64,000 bases of DNA, taken from NCBI GenBank assembly GCA_043808015.1, contig JAZDFI010000029.1, positions 40,537-104,536 on the forward strand. The letters run 5' to 3'. Position 1 is the stretch's first letter; every line of letters begins with the position of its first letter. A program made the position numbers and the translations under genes. The notes beneath the pieces are model-generated. The model did not search any database. It saw nothing but the letters and a program-made list of their open reading frames with translations, and was not told where the DNA came from. Below, piece after piece: positions 19,158-28,509 of this stretch. The DNA comes from Candidatus Aenigmatarchaeota archaeon (GTDB lineage Archaea > Aenigmatarchaeota > Aenigmatarchaeia > QMZP01 > QMZT01).

Positions 19158-20843
19158 ATGGGCCTGAGGGGATTGCTCAGAGATAAATTAGAAAAGAGGA
19201 AAAACGCAGATGAAAATGTATATCCCAAGATTGAAATAAAGGAGCCCAAGAATCTGATAATATTTCCATCGCTGAAAAAAGCGACGGAAATCGACATACA
19301 ATACCCGCTTCTGGAGCCGTTCGTATATGCCCACGTGAGATGGGATCAAAAAAAGAAAGGCCTTTTTTATGAAATAATAGAGCCTTCCCTTTCGAATACG
19401 GAGAAGGAAATCCTGGAAACCATTAAGAAAGACCTTCTGGAAATAATTGACGTCGAGTTATCGGCCATAAAGGCGGAGGGAAAGGTTTTCGAATACATAC
19501 AGGAAAAACTGCAGAAAATACTCGAAGACGAGAATATGAAACTGCCTACGGAGGCATACATAAAGATAACTTACTTCATCTACCGCGATTTCGTGGGCTA
19601 TAATGAAATCGAGGGGCTGCTTCATGACCCTTACATTGAAGATATAGGGTGCCCGGGCCTCAGTATGCCTGTCTTCGTGGTCCACAGGAAATTCGGCTCC
19701 ATCGAGACGAACATCACGTTCGAAGACAGCGGCTACCTTAACAATTTTGTCATAAAGCTCGCCGAGCGCAGCGGTAGATATATATCATACGCGAAACCTC
19801 TGCTCGACGGCTCGCTTCCCGATGGCTCGAGGGTCCAGGCAACGCTCGCGAAAGACGTCACGACCAAAGGTCCGACATTCTCTATAAGGAAGTTCAGGGT
19901 CGAGCCATTCACCCCGATAGACGTCATAAACTTCAACACGGCGTCCAGCGAAATCATGGCTTATTTGTGGTTAATGGTGGAATCGCGCGCCTCGGCCCTC
20001 GTATGCGGCGGCGTGTCGACTGGAAAGACCACGTTCCTGAACGTTATGAGCATGTTCATCCCGCCCGAAGACAAGATCGTTTCGATAGAGGATACGCGAG
20101 AATTGAACCTGCAGCACCAGAACTGGATACCGAGCGTTTCAAGGATCGGTTTCGGCGTGCCTGAAATAGGCGGCAGACGCTATGGCGAGGTTACGCTTTT
20201 CGAACTGCTCAAGGAATCTTTCAGGCAAAATCCGGATTATGTGATAGTCGGAGAGGTGAGGGGTAAAGAGGCATACGTCATGTTCCAGGGTATGGCAAGC
20301 GGCCACGCATCTTTGGGGACGATTCACGCAGGCTCAGTAGATGACGTGATAAAGCGCCTCGAAATGCCGCCAATCGAGCTATCGCCGACGCTGATAGAGA
20401 CGCTGGACATGGTCTTGGTCATGATACACGCGAAGGAAAAGGGTAAATCCGCCAGACGATTGAAAGAAATAGACGAGATAGAGTCAATAGATCCGAAAAC
20501 CGGAACGCCCCACACTGTAAAGGCGTTTGCGTGGAGCCCGTCATCCGATACTTATTCCTCAAATCTTGAGGAATCATACTTGCTTAAGAAAACTGCTTTC
20601 GAGAAGGGAATATCATACGACGACATGGTAAAGGAACTCAAGAAACGCCAGAAGATACTCGACTGGATGAGAAAATTCGGCGTGACGAATTTCGATGATG
20701 TTTCAAAGCTGATAAACCTGTATTACAAAGAACCGGGCATAATAACAGACTGGGTGGAAAAGGATGTGCCGCCGTTCAAAACGAAAATGAAAGAGGTAAA
20801 AAAGGTGCTTGAATCGTACACCGGCCTCAAAGTAATCGAATAA
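19158..20843 (+). CDS. Type IV pilus assembly ATPase (FlaI/PilB/TadA family)
   Basis: LLHDPYIEDI, LPDGSRV, SIRKF, Walker A GGVSTGKTT, SIEDTREL, RQNPDYVIVGEVRG.EA, GH…TIHA. Confidence 0.93.
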   Translation: MGLRGLLRDKLEKRKNADENVYPKIEIKEPKNLIIFPSLKKATEIDIQYPLLEPFVYAHVRWDQKKKGLFYEIIEPSLSNTEKEILETIKKDLLEIIDVELSAIKAEGKVFEYIQEKLQKILEDENMKLPTEAYIKITYFIYRDFVGYNEIEGLLHDPYIEDIGCPGLSMPVFVVHRKFGSIETNITFEDSGYLNNFVIKLAERSGRYISYAKPLLDGSLPDGSRVQATLAKDVTTKGPTFSIRKFRVEPFTPIDVINFNTASSEIMAYLWLMVESRASALVCGGVSTGKTTFLNVMSMFIPPEDKIVSIEDTRELNLQHQNWIPSVSRIGFGVPEIGGRRYGEVTLFELLKESFRQNPDYVIVGEVRGKEAYVMFQGMASGHASLGTIHAGSVDDVIKRLEMPPIELSPTLIETLDMVLVMIHAKEKGKSARRLKEIDEIESIDPKTGTPHTVKAFAWSPSSDTYSSNLEESYLLKKTAFEKGISYDDMVKELKKRQKILDWMRKFGVTNFDDVSKLINLYYKEPGIITDWVEKDVPPFKTKMKEVKKVLESYTGLKVIE

Positions 20844-20855
20844 ATGTTTAAACAT
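20844..20855. promoter_or_regulatory. Palindrome ATGTTTAAACAT just upstream of the rpa-radA TATA box
   Basis: Perfect 12-bp palindrome, followed by TTTATAAT at about 20861. Confidence 0.6.
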
Positions 20856-20897
20856 AATCTTTTATAATTTATTCTCAATCTTTATGCAGGGTTTGAT

Positions 20898-21926
20898 ATG
20901 TTCTCGCTCAAAGAGATGGTAAAGGAAATTTCGCTCTCTTCCGGTCTCAGCGAAGGTGATGTGGAACTGAGAATAGAAGATAAACAGCTGGAGCTTTCCG
21001 GCCTTGTATCGCCTGAGGGGGCTGCATACATAGTCGGAAAGGAGTTGGGCGTCAGCCTGTTAAAAGAGTCACCGAAGAGGGGGCTTAAGATAAAAAACGT
21101 TGTCCCTGGCATGAGATCGGTCGACGTTGTCGGGCGTATAATACGAATTTCTCCCAGAAAGGATTTCCAGAGGGACGGACGCCTTAAAGGCGTTATAAAC
21201 GTCACCCTGGGCGATGAAACCGGCGTTCTCAGGCTTTCATTATGGGACAGCGAAACAGAAATTGTCGAAAAAGCCGACATGAAGGAAAATGATGTAATGA
21301 GCATAATGAATGCCTACGTTAAGGAAAACAACCGCGGCGATATCGAGCTCCGCCTCGGCAGGAGCGGCAGGATAAACAAGTCCGACGAAAAAATACCCGA
21401 GATTAACGAGATAAGGAAGGACGTCGAGTCCGTGAATGCTAAGAGCATTGCCGACCTCAGAGAGGATGAGTTTAGCGAAATAAAAGCCTCGCTTATACAA
21501 GTGTTCAAAAGAAATCCATTCTACAGCGTCTGCCCGTTATGCGACTCGCGGCTGGAGAAGGATGGTAATGATTCAAAATGCAAGGATCACGGCAAGGTCG
21601 AACCTAAATACAATCTCGTGATTTCAGGCGTCGTTGACGATGGCACGGGAAACGTGCGCGTCGTGTTCTTCAGGGACATGGCCGAGAAGATTTGCGGTAA
21701 AAACGCTGACGAACTCAGAAAAATCGCATTAAGCCAGGACCCGTCATCTTTATGTGAAGACGTGAAGCTGGGCCGTGAATTTGTGATAAGAGGCCGCGTG
21801 AAGAAAAATGAATACGCCGACAAGATTGAACTTGTCGCCAGCAGCGTCGAAGACGTCAATCCCAGGAGAGAATCCGAGAAACTGGTGCAAAAAATAGAGA
21901 CGTTGAATATTAAAAATACGAAATGA
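20898..21926 (+). CDS. rpa: Replication protein A (OB folds plus Zn finger)
   Basis: GLVSPEGAA N-terminus, LGDETG.LRLSLW, CPLC…CKDHG, VDDGTG.VRVVFF. Confidence 0.9.
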   Translation: MFSLKEMVKEISLSSGLSEGDVELRIEDKQLELSGLVSPEGAAYIVGKELGVSLLKESPKRGLKIKNVVPGMRSVDVVGRIIRISPRKDFQRDGRLKGVINVTLGDETGVLRLSLWDSETEIVEKADMKENDVMSIMNAYVKENNRGDIELRLGRSGRINKSDEKIPEINEIRKDVESVNAKSIADLREDEFSEIKASLIQVFKRNPFYSVCPLCDSRLEKDGNDSKCKDHGKVEPKYNLVISGVVDDGTGNVRVVFFRDMAEKICGKNADELRKIALSQDPSSLCEDVKLGREFVIRGRVKKNEYADKIELVASSVEDVNPRRESEKLVQKIETLNIKNTK

Positions 21927-21953
21927 ATATTTAAGCCCTAGTGAGGTGTTGGT

Positions 21954-22937
21954 ATGGCAAAAGAAGTTGAAGTGAACAAAGAGAATAAGGATATTGAAAA
22001 TCTTCCAGGAGTTGGGGAGAAAACCCTTGAAAAATTCATAGAAGCTGGTTATGATAATCTCATGGCTATAGCCGCAGCTTCTGCCAGCGAGCTTGTAGCT
22101 TCAACGGGCATAGGCGTCGAAACCGCCAATAAAATAATCGCTGGTGCGAGGCAGAAACTCAAGATGGGTTTCGAGACGGCAAAGGAAGTCCTTGTCAAGA
22201 GGGAAAACATTGGAAAGATAACAACATGCGCGAAAGAACTCGACAAGCTTCTTGGCGGCGGCGTGGAAACGCAGGCCATCACTGAGATGCACGGCGCTTA
22301 TGGCTCCGGCAAATCGCAGCTTGCACACCAGCTTTCCGTTTCTGTGCAGTTGCCGAGGGATAAAGGCGGCTTAGACGGGAAAGTGATTTTCATCGACACC
22401 GAGCAGACGTTCAGGCCTGAAAGGATAATACAGATGGCTGAAGGCCTTGATCTGGATTCTGATAAAATTCTCGAGAACATATTCTTTGCCAGGGCTTACA
22501 ACTCTGACCATCAGGTGCTTTTGATAGAAAAGGCCGAGGAAATCATAAAGAAGGAAAACGTCAAGCTTATAGTAGTCGACTCGCTTACATCGGCATTCAG
22601 GTCGGATTACACTGGCCGAGGCACGCTTGCTGACCGCCAGCAAAAGCTTAACAGGCATATGCACAAGCTTCAAAGGCTCGCCGACGTCTACAATCTGGCC
22701 GTTTACGTGACCAACCAGGTCATGTCAAGGCCCGACGTCATGTTTGGTGACCCGACCGCTCCAATCGGCGGGCACATTGTAGGCCACCAGGCGACATATC
22801 GCGTCTATCTGAGAAAGTCAAAAGAAGACAAGAGGATAGCCAAGCTTATAGACTCTCCTAACCTACCAGAAGGCGAGACTATCTTCAGGGTTCTGCTCGA
22901 GGGCGTGAGGGACGCAGAAGAGGGCTCTAAAAAGTGA
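21954..22937 (+). CDS. radA: DNA repair and recombination protein RadA
   Basis: N-terminal HhH (LPGVG), [33 protein letters not shown]; no intein. Confidence 0.97.
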   Translation: MAKEVEVNKENKDIENLPGVGEKTLEKFIEAGYDNLMAIAAASASELVASTGIGVETANKIIAGARQKLKMGFETAKEVLVKRENIGKITTCAKELDKLLGGGVETQAITEMHGAYGSGKSQLAHQLSVSVQLPRDKGGLDGKVIFIDTEQTFRPERIIQMAEGLDLDSDKILENIFFARAYNSDHQVLLIEKAEEIIKKENVKLIVVDSLTSAFRSDYTGRGTLADRQQKLNRHMHKLQRLADVYNLAVYVTNQVMSRPDVMFGDPTAPIGGHIVGHQATYRVYLRKSKEDKRIAKLIDSPNLPEGETIFRVLLEGVRDAEEGSKK

Positions 22938-23229
22938 GACTTCTAAGCTTCAAAAACCTCAACACGTGCTCTCTTGTCATGTTTTTGTTTTTCAGGCGCA
23001 CGAATTTTATTTTCAGCCCCACATCGTCGAAGCCTTCAGGAACGGTAATTTCGACATAGGGCGACATATAGAGGTCCAAAGTCCGGGAAACCGTCCATTT
23101 GTGGAGACCAGTCGCCTTCGCTATTTTTGATACCGTAAGCAACTGCCCGTTCTCCGCGGTCTCTTTCAGCAGACTGAAGATCCGTATAACGTTTTTTACG
23201 GTATTCTTGTAGAATTCCCTTTCAGCCAT
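22927..23229 (-). CDS. Small helix-turn-helix DNA-binding protein
   Basis: [24 protein letters not shown]. Confidence 0.75.
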   Translation of the reverse strand: MAEREFYKNTVKNVIRIFSLLKETAENGQLLTVSKIAKATGLHKWTVSRTLDLYMSPYVEITVPEGFDDVGLKIKFVRLKNKNMTREHVLRFLKLRSLTF

Positions 23230-23237
23230 GATAATAT

Positions 23238-23254
23238 ATTTGACCGGGTCAAAT
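23238..23254. promoter_or_regulatory. Palindrome ATTTGACC-G-GGTCAAAT (putative operator of the HTH gene)
   Basis: Perfect 8-bp arms, lying between a TATA-like TTAAATT (minus strand) and the ATG at 23229. Confidence 0.6.
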
Positions 23255-23301
23255 TTAAGCCTATGGCTAATGTAAAAAATGAAAATAAGAGAGAAAGGTA
23301 T

Positions 23302-23565
23302 TTAGATTATATCTTTCTCTGAAACGATTACGAAATCGCCTACAGACTTGACCGCCGAGAAAGGCACAAGAGTTCTGCCCTTGTCGTCTTCCTGGAGATT
23401 AAGTTCGCCTGCATGCTTTGTGGGCTGAACCAGAACCAGATTTATTAACTCCCCAGATTCAACGATGTAATCAAGGTCGCCAACGACACCGAATTTCTTG
23501 CCACTTTCTTCTGAAATCAGGATCTTGCCTATAAGGTCCCTGCTTCTTACTCTTTCATCTGCCAT
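23302..23565 (-). CDS. PRC-barrel protein (CdpB-like cell division protein)
   Basis: LIGK.LISE.SG..FG.V.DL…VPFSAVKSVGDFVIV. Confidence 0.85.
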   Translation of the reverse strand: MADERVRSRDLIGKILISEESGKKFGVVGDLDYIVESGELINLVLVQPTKHAGELNLQEDDKGRTLVPFSAVKSVGDFVIVSEKDII

Positions 23566-23616
23566 AAAAACCCTCCCGCTAGTGATATTTATATTATGAA
23601 AGAATCTATTTAAAAT

Positions 23617-24711
23617 TTATGCGTGGACCATTAACGTTCTTATTTTGTCAGATAAGACGTATTGGAAGCTCTTGCCGCGCCTTTTTCTGATGATTGTGCC
23701 GTCTTTCACCAGCCTTTTGAGTATGTTGTTTATCGATCTAATCGCGTTGTCCTTGCTCTTGTAATCTTCCATGTCCATCTTTTCAACAATCTCGGTTGGT
23801 GTCATCTCACCATATTTCCACAGTGTTTCGATTATGTGTTTCTGTTTCGATGGCAAATTGTCAAGCGAACCGAGTGAAATTCTTTTTGGTGAATGATGCA
23901 TCACGTGTGAAAACTCGCTTTCTCTCAGGAAGTTGTGGTCTATTGTGGATACGTTATTTTCCATCGCCTTCTGAACAAGATCGTTGCACAGTCTTATGAC
24001 TTCCCTCGGGAAGCCGCCGCTTTTTTCGTATATCTCTTCCACAGTTTCCGATGTGAATGGCTTTATATCTTCGCCGCCGGCCCATTCTATGCGTCTCTTT
24101 ATCAGTTCTCTGGTTTCGGTTTTGGTGAGATTTGTGAGCTCAATTTTCGTGCTCATTCTACGAATGAATGTTTCAAGCTTGTCTCTCAGTACGTTCTCTA
24201 GAATAGGAAGGCCTGCAATGACCACTGTGAGGTTTTCTATCTGATCCGTCAGCGTCCGCAGCCATTCAAGCGTTTCTGTGCTGGCTTCGTGACTTTCATC
24301 GACAAAAAGCGCTATCTTTCTGTTCTTTGTTTTTTTGTTCACCCATTCACTAAGGTTGTATATGTTAACTTCACTTCTGCGTGAAAATAGCCTTTCGAAC
24401 GTTCCTGTTCCTATGAAGTTGGTGAAGATCTTCACCCAGTCGTCCTGATTGCTCGGTGGCTTTGACAAATAGAAAACCTTTCTCTGTTTTTCGAAAGATT
24501 TTGCGAGAAATTTGAGAAGGGTCGTTTTGCCTGAGCCCGTGGGGCCTATAAGAAGGGACATTTTATCCTCGCTGCTTATGCTAGAAGCGAGTTTTTCCAG
24601 TTCCTTGCCATGTCCCACGTACAGACCGGGCATTATCTTGAAATTGAATGGATTTTCTTTCCACTTGAACATCTTCATGTATTTTTCATCCAAGTTCATG
24701 CTGAAGTTCAT
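23617..24711 (-). CDS. AAA+ ATPase (ExeA/GspA-like N-terminus) with C-terminal winged helix
   Basis: Y…F.WKENPF, Walker A GPTGSGKTT, Walker B LFVDESH, SGGFPREV, C-terminal wHTH (MTPTEIVEK…INNILKRLVKDG.I.R). Start placed at ATG 24711. Confidence 0.85.
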   Translation of the reverse strand: MNFSMNLDEKYMKMFKWKENPFNFKIMPGLYVGHGKELEKLASSISSEDKMSLLIGPTGSGKTTLLKFLAKSFEKQRKVFYLSKPPSNQDDWVKIFTNFIGTGTFERLFSRRSEVNIYNLSEWVNKKTKNRKIALFVDESHEASTETLEWLRTLTDQIENLTVVIAGLPILENVLRDKLETFIRRMSTKIELTNLTKTETRELIKRRIEWAGGEDIKPFTSETVEEIYEKSGGFPREVIRLCNDLVQKAMENNVSTIDHNFLRESEFSHVMHHSPKRISLGSLDNLPSKQKHIIETLWKYGEMTPTEIVEKMDMEDYKSKDNAIRSINNILKRLVKDGTIIRKRRGKSFQYVLSDKIRTLMVHA

Positions 24712-24834
24712 AATTTCATATAATTCGTGAATGAATTTAAAAGCTTTTCGTGAAGGTCGTGTAAATCGTGTGAAAATGTAGTGTGATATATGTGAAATGA
24801 CAAACAATTTATATAATGGCGGCATATTCATCTA

Positions 24835-25383
24835 ATGAGATGCTTTATATCAATAGATGTTGATGATCGCCTCAAAGAAAGCATTTTGCAGATTCAGAAA
24901 AATATTTTAAATTTGGGCGTTGATGTGAAAATGGTAGAACCACAAAACCTCCATTTCACCGTCAATTTTTTGGGTGAACTGGATGAAAATAAAATAAGCA
25001 ACGTGAAGAAGCAACTTGACTACGTGAAGGGTGCATGTGAATTTGAAGTGAATGTCGCGGGTCTGGGATATTTTGGAAATGAAAATAACATAAGAACGCT
25101 TTGGTTGGGCCTGAAAGCTGGTGAACGTGAATTATCTGACTTGATGTCGGATGTAAATGAATGTGTGAAAATCGGCGAGAAATGCACAAAACCTCATCTT
25201 ACAATAGGAAGGGTTAGAAGTGGTTCCGGCAGAAAGGATTTGCTCGACTTTATAAAAAATCACTCAGATGTGAACATAGGTGAAATGAACGTGAAGTGCG
25301 TGAAGTTGAAAAGAAGTGATCTTGGCGCCAGTGGGCCGATATACGATGTTTTGTACGATGTTAAGTTGGTTTCGCATGAATGA
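24835..25383 (+). CDS. thpR: RNA 2',3'-cyclic phosphodiesterase (2H family)
   Basis: MRCFISI plus two HxT motifs (LHFTV, PHLTIGR). Confidence 0.92.
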   Translation: MRCFISIDVDDRLKESILQIQKNILNLGVDVKMVEPQNLHFTVNFLGELDENKISNVKKQLDYVKGACEFEVNVAGLGYFGNENNIRTLWLGLKAGERELSDLMSDVNECVKIGEKCTKPHLTIGRVRSGSGRKDLLDFIKNHSDVNIGEMNVKCVKLKRSDLGASGPIYDVLYDVKLVSHE

Positions 25384-25762
25384 AAAGACGCTGACAAAAA
25401 TATCAGTAGTTGGATCTGTGTTAAGTATAATTTTACTGTATTTTATGACTCTGAACATCATTCCTGAGGGAATGGCTATCGGTAATCTTGATCGATCATT
25501 AATTGGCAGAAGCGTTAGCATAACCGGAAAAATAACTTCACTCTACGTGAACAACGGTAACATGTTCATGAACGTCGCTGACGAAAGCGGTGAAATAAAG
25601 GCAGTGTTATGGAAAGATACTCTGGAGATGATCCGTATCAATGACATTAATCCTGATACATTCGAAGTCGGTAAAAAAATAGACATAACAGGTGAAATCC
25701 AGGAATATAAAGGGGAACTTGAAATAGTGCCTGTGAAAGGCGTTGTGAAGCTGGCTGATTGA
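25376..25762 (+). CDS. Membrane-anchored OB-fold protein
   Basis: N-terminal TM helix, V.ITG.I, DESGEIKAVLW, ITGEIQEYKGELEI. Confidence 0.8.
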   Translation: MNEKTLTKISVVGSVLSIILLYFMTLNIIPEGMAIGNLDRSLIGRSVSITGKITSLYVNNGNMFMNVADESGEIKAVLWKDTLEMIRINDINPDTFEVGKKIDITGEIQEYKGELEIVPVKGVVKLAD

Positions 25763-25763
25763 A

Positions 25764-26795
25764 TCATATGCTAGTGCTGGCGCTCTTCACGAGCTCGGTC
25801 ACCAATATCACGGCATTCTTCACGTCATTCATGTCTGCTACCTCTGTTGGTGTGTGAAGGTAACGTGAAGGTGTCAATATTGCGATGGATGGTATGCCTT
25901 CCCTTATCATCGGTGTAACAGACGCGTCGGTCGCTCCTCCTGAAAGGATGTCGAACTGGATTTTTATTTTGTTCTTTTTAGCTACATCTTCAACCCATTC
26001 CTTCATCTCGCTTTGTATTATGCTGATAGCATCTTTCACTACAAGGACTGGACCCAAACCCATTCTGGCAGGGGCTTCGTATGGCTTTAACTCGGGCGTG
26101 TCGCCAGATGTGGTGGTATCGAGTGATATTACTACATCCGGATTTATGCTGAAAGCCGAACCCCTCACGCCAACAAGGCCTATTTCTTCCTTGACCGTGC
26201 CGACGGCGTAAACCGTGCCTTTGAATTTCTTCAGATTTTTCATGACTTCTATCATGACTAGGCAGCCAATTCTGTCATCAAAGCCGTGAGCTGTTATCCT
26301 AGAACCATTTAGTTTGTTGAACTCTCCATAAATCGTTATGAAGTCCCCCAATCTTATGCCAATTGCTGCAACTTCTTTTTTGTTTTTGGCGCCTATGTCT
26401 ATGAACATGTCGTTCAACTTCACGATTTTGTTCACGTCTTCTCTGTCCTGCAGATGAATCGGTTTCGAGCCAATGACACCTATGACCGGGCCTTTCGTGC
26501 CATGTATTTTGAACTTCTGCGAAAGCAGAACTTTCGGGTCCCAGCCACCGACTGGCTCGAATTTTATGAAACCGTCTTCATCGATGTATTTGACCATCAG
26601 GCCAACTTCGTCCATGTGGGCGGTGAGCATGACTTTTGGCGAACCAGACCCCTTCTTGCAAATCAGGTTGCCTATCTTGTCAATCTTTATTTCATCAACA
26701 TAAGGTTTGATTTCTTTCGATATCAAATCCCTTATATTTTTTTCGTAACCCGAAATAGATGCTGAATCGACAAGTCTTTTTAATAAATCTTCCAT
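25764..26795 (-). CDS. M42-family (TET-like) aminopeptidase
   Basis: AHMDEVG, FDDRIGC, TVKEEIG, GATDA, RYLHTP; GGGTGA RBS before ATG 26795. Confidence 0.93.
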   Translation of the reverse strand: MEDLLKRLVDSASISGYEKNIRDLISKEIKPYVDEIKIDKIGNLICKKGSGSPKVMLTAHMDEVGLMVKYIDEDGFIKFEPVGGWDPKVLLSQKFKIHGTKGPVIGVIGSKPIHLQDREDVNKIVKLNDMFIDIGAKNKKEVAAIGIRLGDFITIYGEFNKLNGSRITAHGFDDRIGCLVMIEVMKNLKKFKGTVYAVGTVKEEIGLVGVRGSAFSINPDVVISLDTTTSGDTPELKPYEAPARMGLGPVLVVKDAISIIQSEMKEWVEDVAKKNKIKIQFDILSGGATDASVTPMIREGIPSIAILTPSRYLHTPTEVADMNDVKNAVILVTELVKSASTSI

Positions 26796-26855
26796 TTTCT
26801 CACCCACATAAGTCTAATAATAAAATATTGTAAGGCGTCCTATAAATCTGTTGTT

Positions 26856-28130
26856 TTAAACAATATCCTCTTTTGACAGGATGCCCACCGGCGTTGACTT
26901 TATCATTTCCTTTTCCATGCCTATGAGGAACTTCACGCCTTTCTTTCTGGCTATCATATCCAACCTGTAGTCGACTTTTCCGTCGAATATGACCGCATAC
27001 GGGTTATCGAGCGTTTTCAGCGTGTTCTGCAGTTCCTTGGTAGGAACCTTTCCTAGCAGGTTGAATGATGAATCGAATATGCAAGCCGCCCTGGTGCCGA
27101 TGAGCTCATCAAGTGTTTTTTTGAAATTCTTTTTCTGCTCGTCGGTTATCATCACTTTTCTCACAAGCGATGACTGCTGCGTTCTGAAGTCCCTTTCCCT
27201 GTTGTCATCGATACTCCTATCAATATTCCTTTCCTGTATGTGTTCCGGTCGCTCTTGCGGCCTGTCGCGCCTTTCGAAATTGTTATTGCTTTGGGGCCTG
27301 TCATTCTTGCCTTCTACCTTGAACTGCGAGGCCGATACTTTGTCCCTCAATGCCTTGAAAACTTCCTTCTTTGAAAGCTCCTCCACTTCCTTGCCTTCCG
27401 GGGCAATGGCGACAAAGTCGACTTCCGATGTTTCCAGTAGGCTCTTCAGGTTAAGGCTGCCGCCCCTGTCTCCGTCGAAGAACGCGGTTAACGTCTTCTC
27501 TCTGGAGAGGCTCACTATCTGAGGCGGTATTGAACTGCCCTCTATTGCTATTACATTTTTTATGCCGAATTTGATGAGGTTTATTACATCCGCTCGCCCT
27601 TCGACGACTATTATTTCCTCGGACTCCATTATGCCTGGACCGCATGGCAATCCCTGCCAAGTCGTTATTTCATAAGCCTTTATTTCCTGCTTTATTTCTT
27701 CCGCCATTCTGCTCGTGTCAGGAATGCCTTTTTCGAGAAGTTCTTTCAGTATCGCCTTCGCCTTTTCGATGACAAATTTCCTTTTAAGTTCTCTTGTGTC
27801 CTCAACTGATTTAAGTATAATTTTAGCTATGCACGGGCCTACCCTTTCTATAGTTTCCAGCGTAGCCGCTATCAGAGCGGTCTCGGCCGAATCAAGAGAT
27901 GAAGGTATTATCACTTCACCGTGCGATTTGCCCTTTTCCGAGTTTATGTTGACTTCTATCCTGCCTATCCTGCCTGTCCTCTGCAACTCTCTCAAATCAA
28001 GGTCTGGACCGAGCAATCCTTCTGTCTGCCCAAAAATAGCTCCTATCACATCAGGCTTTTCTATTACTCCCTGAGCATCTATCTCTGCTTTTACCACGTA
28101 TTTTATCGAAGTTGGTGCAAGTTTTGACAT
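26856..28130 (-). CDS. dnaG: Archaeal DnaG (primase / exosome subunit)
   Basis: KPDVIGAIFGQTEGLLG.DLDLRELQ.TGRIGRI, IIVVEGRADV, FFDGDRGG. Confidence 0.96.
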   Translation of the reverse strand: MSKLAPTSIKYVVKAEIDAQGVIEKPDVIGAIFGQTEGLLGPDLDLRELQRTGRIGRIEVNINSEKGKSHGEVIIPSSLDSAETALIAATLETIERVGPCIAKIILKSVEDTRELKRKFVIEKAKAILKELLEKGIPDTSRMAEEIKQEIKAYEITTWQGLPCGPGIMESEEIIVVEGRADVINLIKFGIKNVIAIEGSSIPPQIVSLSREKTLTAFFDGDRGGSLNLKSLLETSEVDFVAIAPEGKEVEELSKKEVFKALRDKVSASQFKVEGKNDRPQSNNNFERRDRPQERPEHIQERNIDRSIDDNRERDFRTQQSSLVRKVMITDEQKKNFKKTLDELIGTRAACIFDSSFNLLGKVPTKELQNTLKTLDNPYAVIFDGKVDYRLDMIARKKGVKFLIGMEKEMIKSTPVGILSKEDIV

Positions 28131-28509
28131 GAAAATCATCCTCCACTACTGACATCTTCTCCGGGCTGTTTAAAGCTCCGAAGTCTTCTATCTTGTTTTT
28201 GCCAAATTCCATTAGTTTACACCTTAGCTTTGTGTTTGGCTGTTTGCCAAATCTCTGGAGCAGGGTTTTCAGTTTCCTTTCCAGCATCCTGCCCTTTTTA
28301 TCGAAATCCGTCAATATTACTATTGGCTTTTGTGAGTTCGACGCGACCTCTGCCACTTCGTAAAGTGGCCTGCCATTGATCGCAATAATATCTTTCAGGC
28401 CAAGGCTTTTTAAAGCTTTTTCATCCCAGCCACCCTCGACAATAACTAGCGCGTCTTTCAGGTCGTCCAGTATATTTTGCAGTCTCTCTTCATCGATTTT
28501 TGTTTTCAT
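28051..28509 (-). CDS. Small TOPRIM-domain protein
   Basis: VIVEG..D..AL and ILTDFD.KG; overlaps the dnaG start by 80 nt. Confidence 0.85.
   Translation of the reverse strand: MKTKIDEERLQNILDDLKDALVIVEGGWDEKALKSLGLKDIIAINGRPLYEVAEVASNSQKPIVILTDFDKKGRMLERKLKTLLQRFGKQPNTKLRCKLMEFGKNKIEDFGALNSPEKMSVVEDDFHVKTCTNFDKIRGKSRDRCSGSNRKA

Larger units (their letters stand above)
24725..25870 (+). repeat. Strand-polarised dispersed GTGAA repeat cluster
   Basis: Hand count gives 24 GTGAA on + versus 4 TTCAC, spanning intergenic DNA and three genes. Confidence 0.7.

Noticed and set aside
24725-24800. CRISPR or mini-array reading of the TCGTGAA repeats
   Set aside because: Units are 5-9 bp with irregular short spacing, and there are no cas genes in the window.
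24712-24831. N-terminal extension of the AAA+ ATPase (…SHISHYIFTRFTRPSR…)
   Set aside because: It is the reverse translation of the intergenic GTGAA repeats; the ExeA-like N-terminus begins after ATG 24711.
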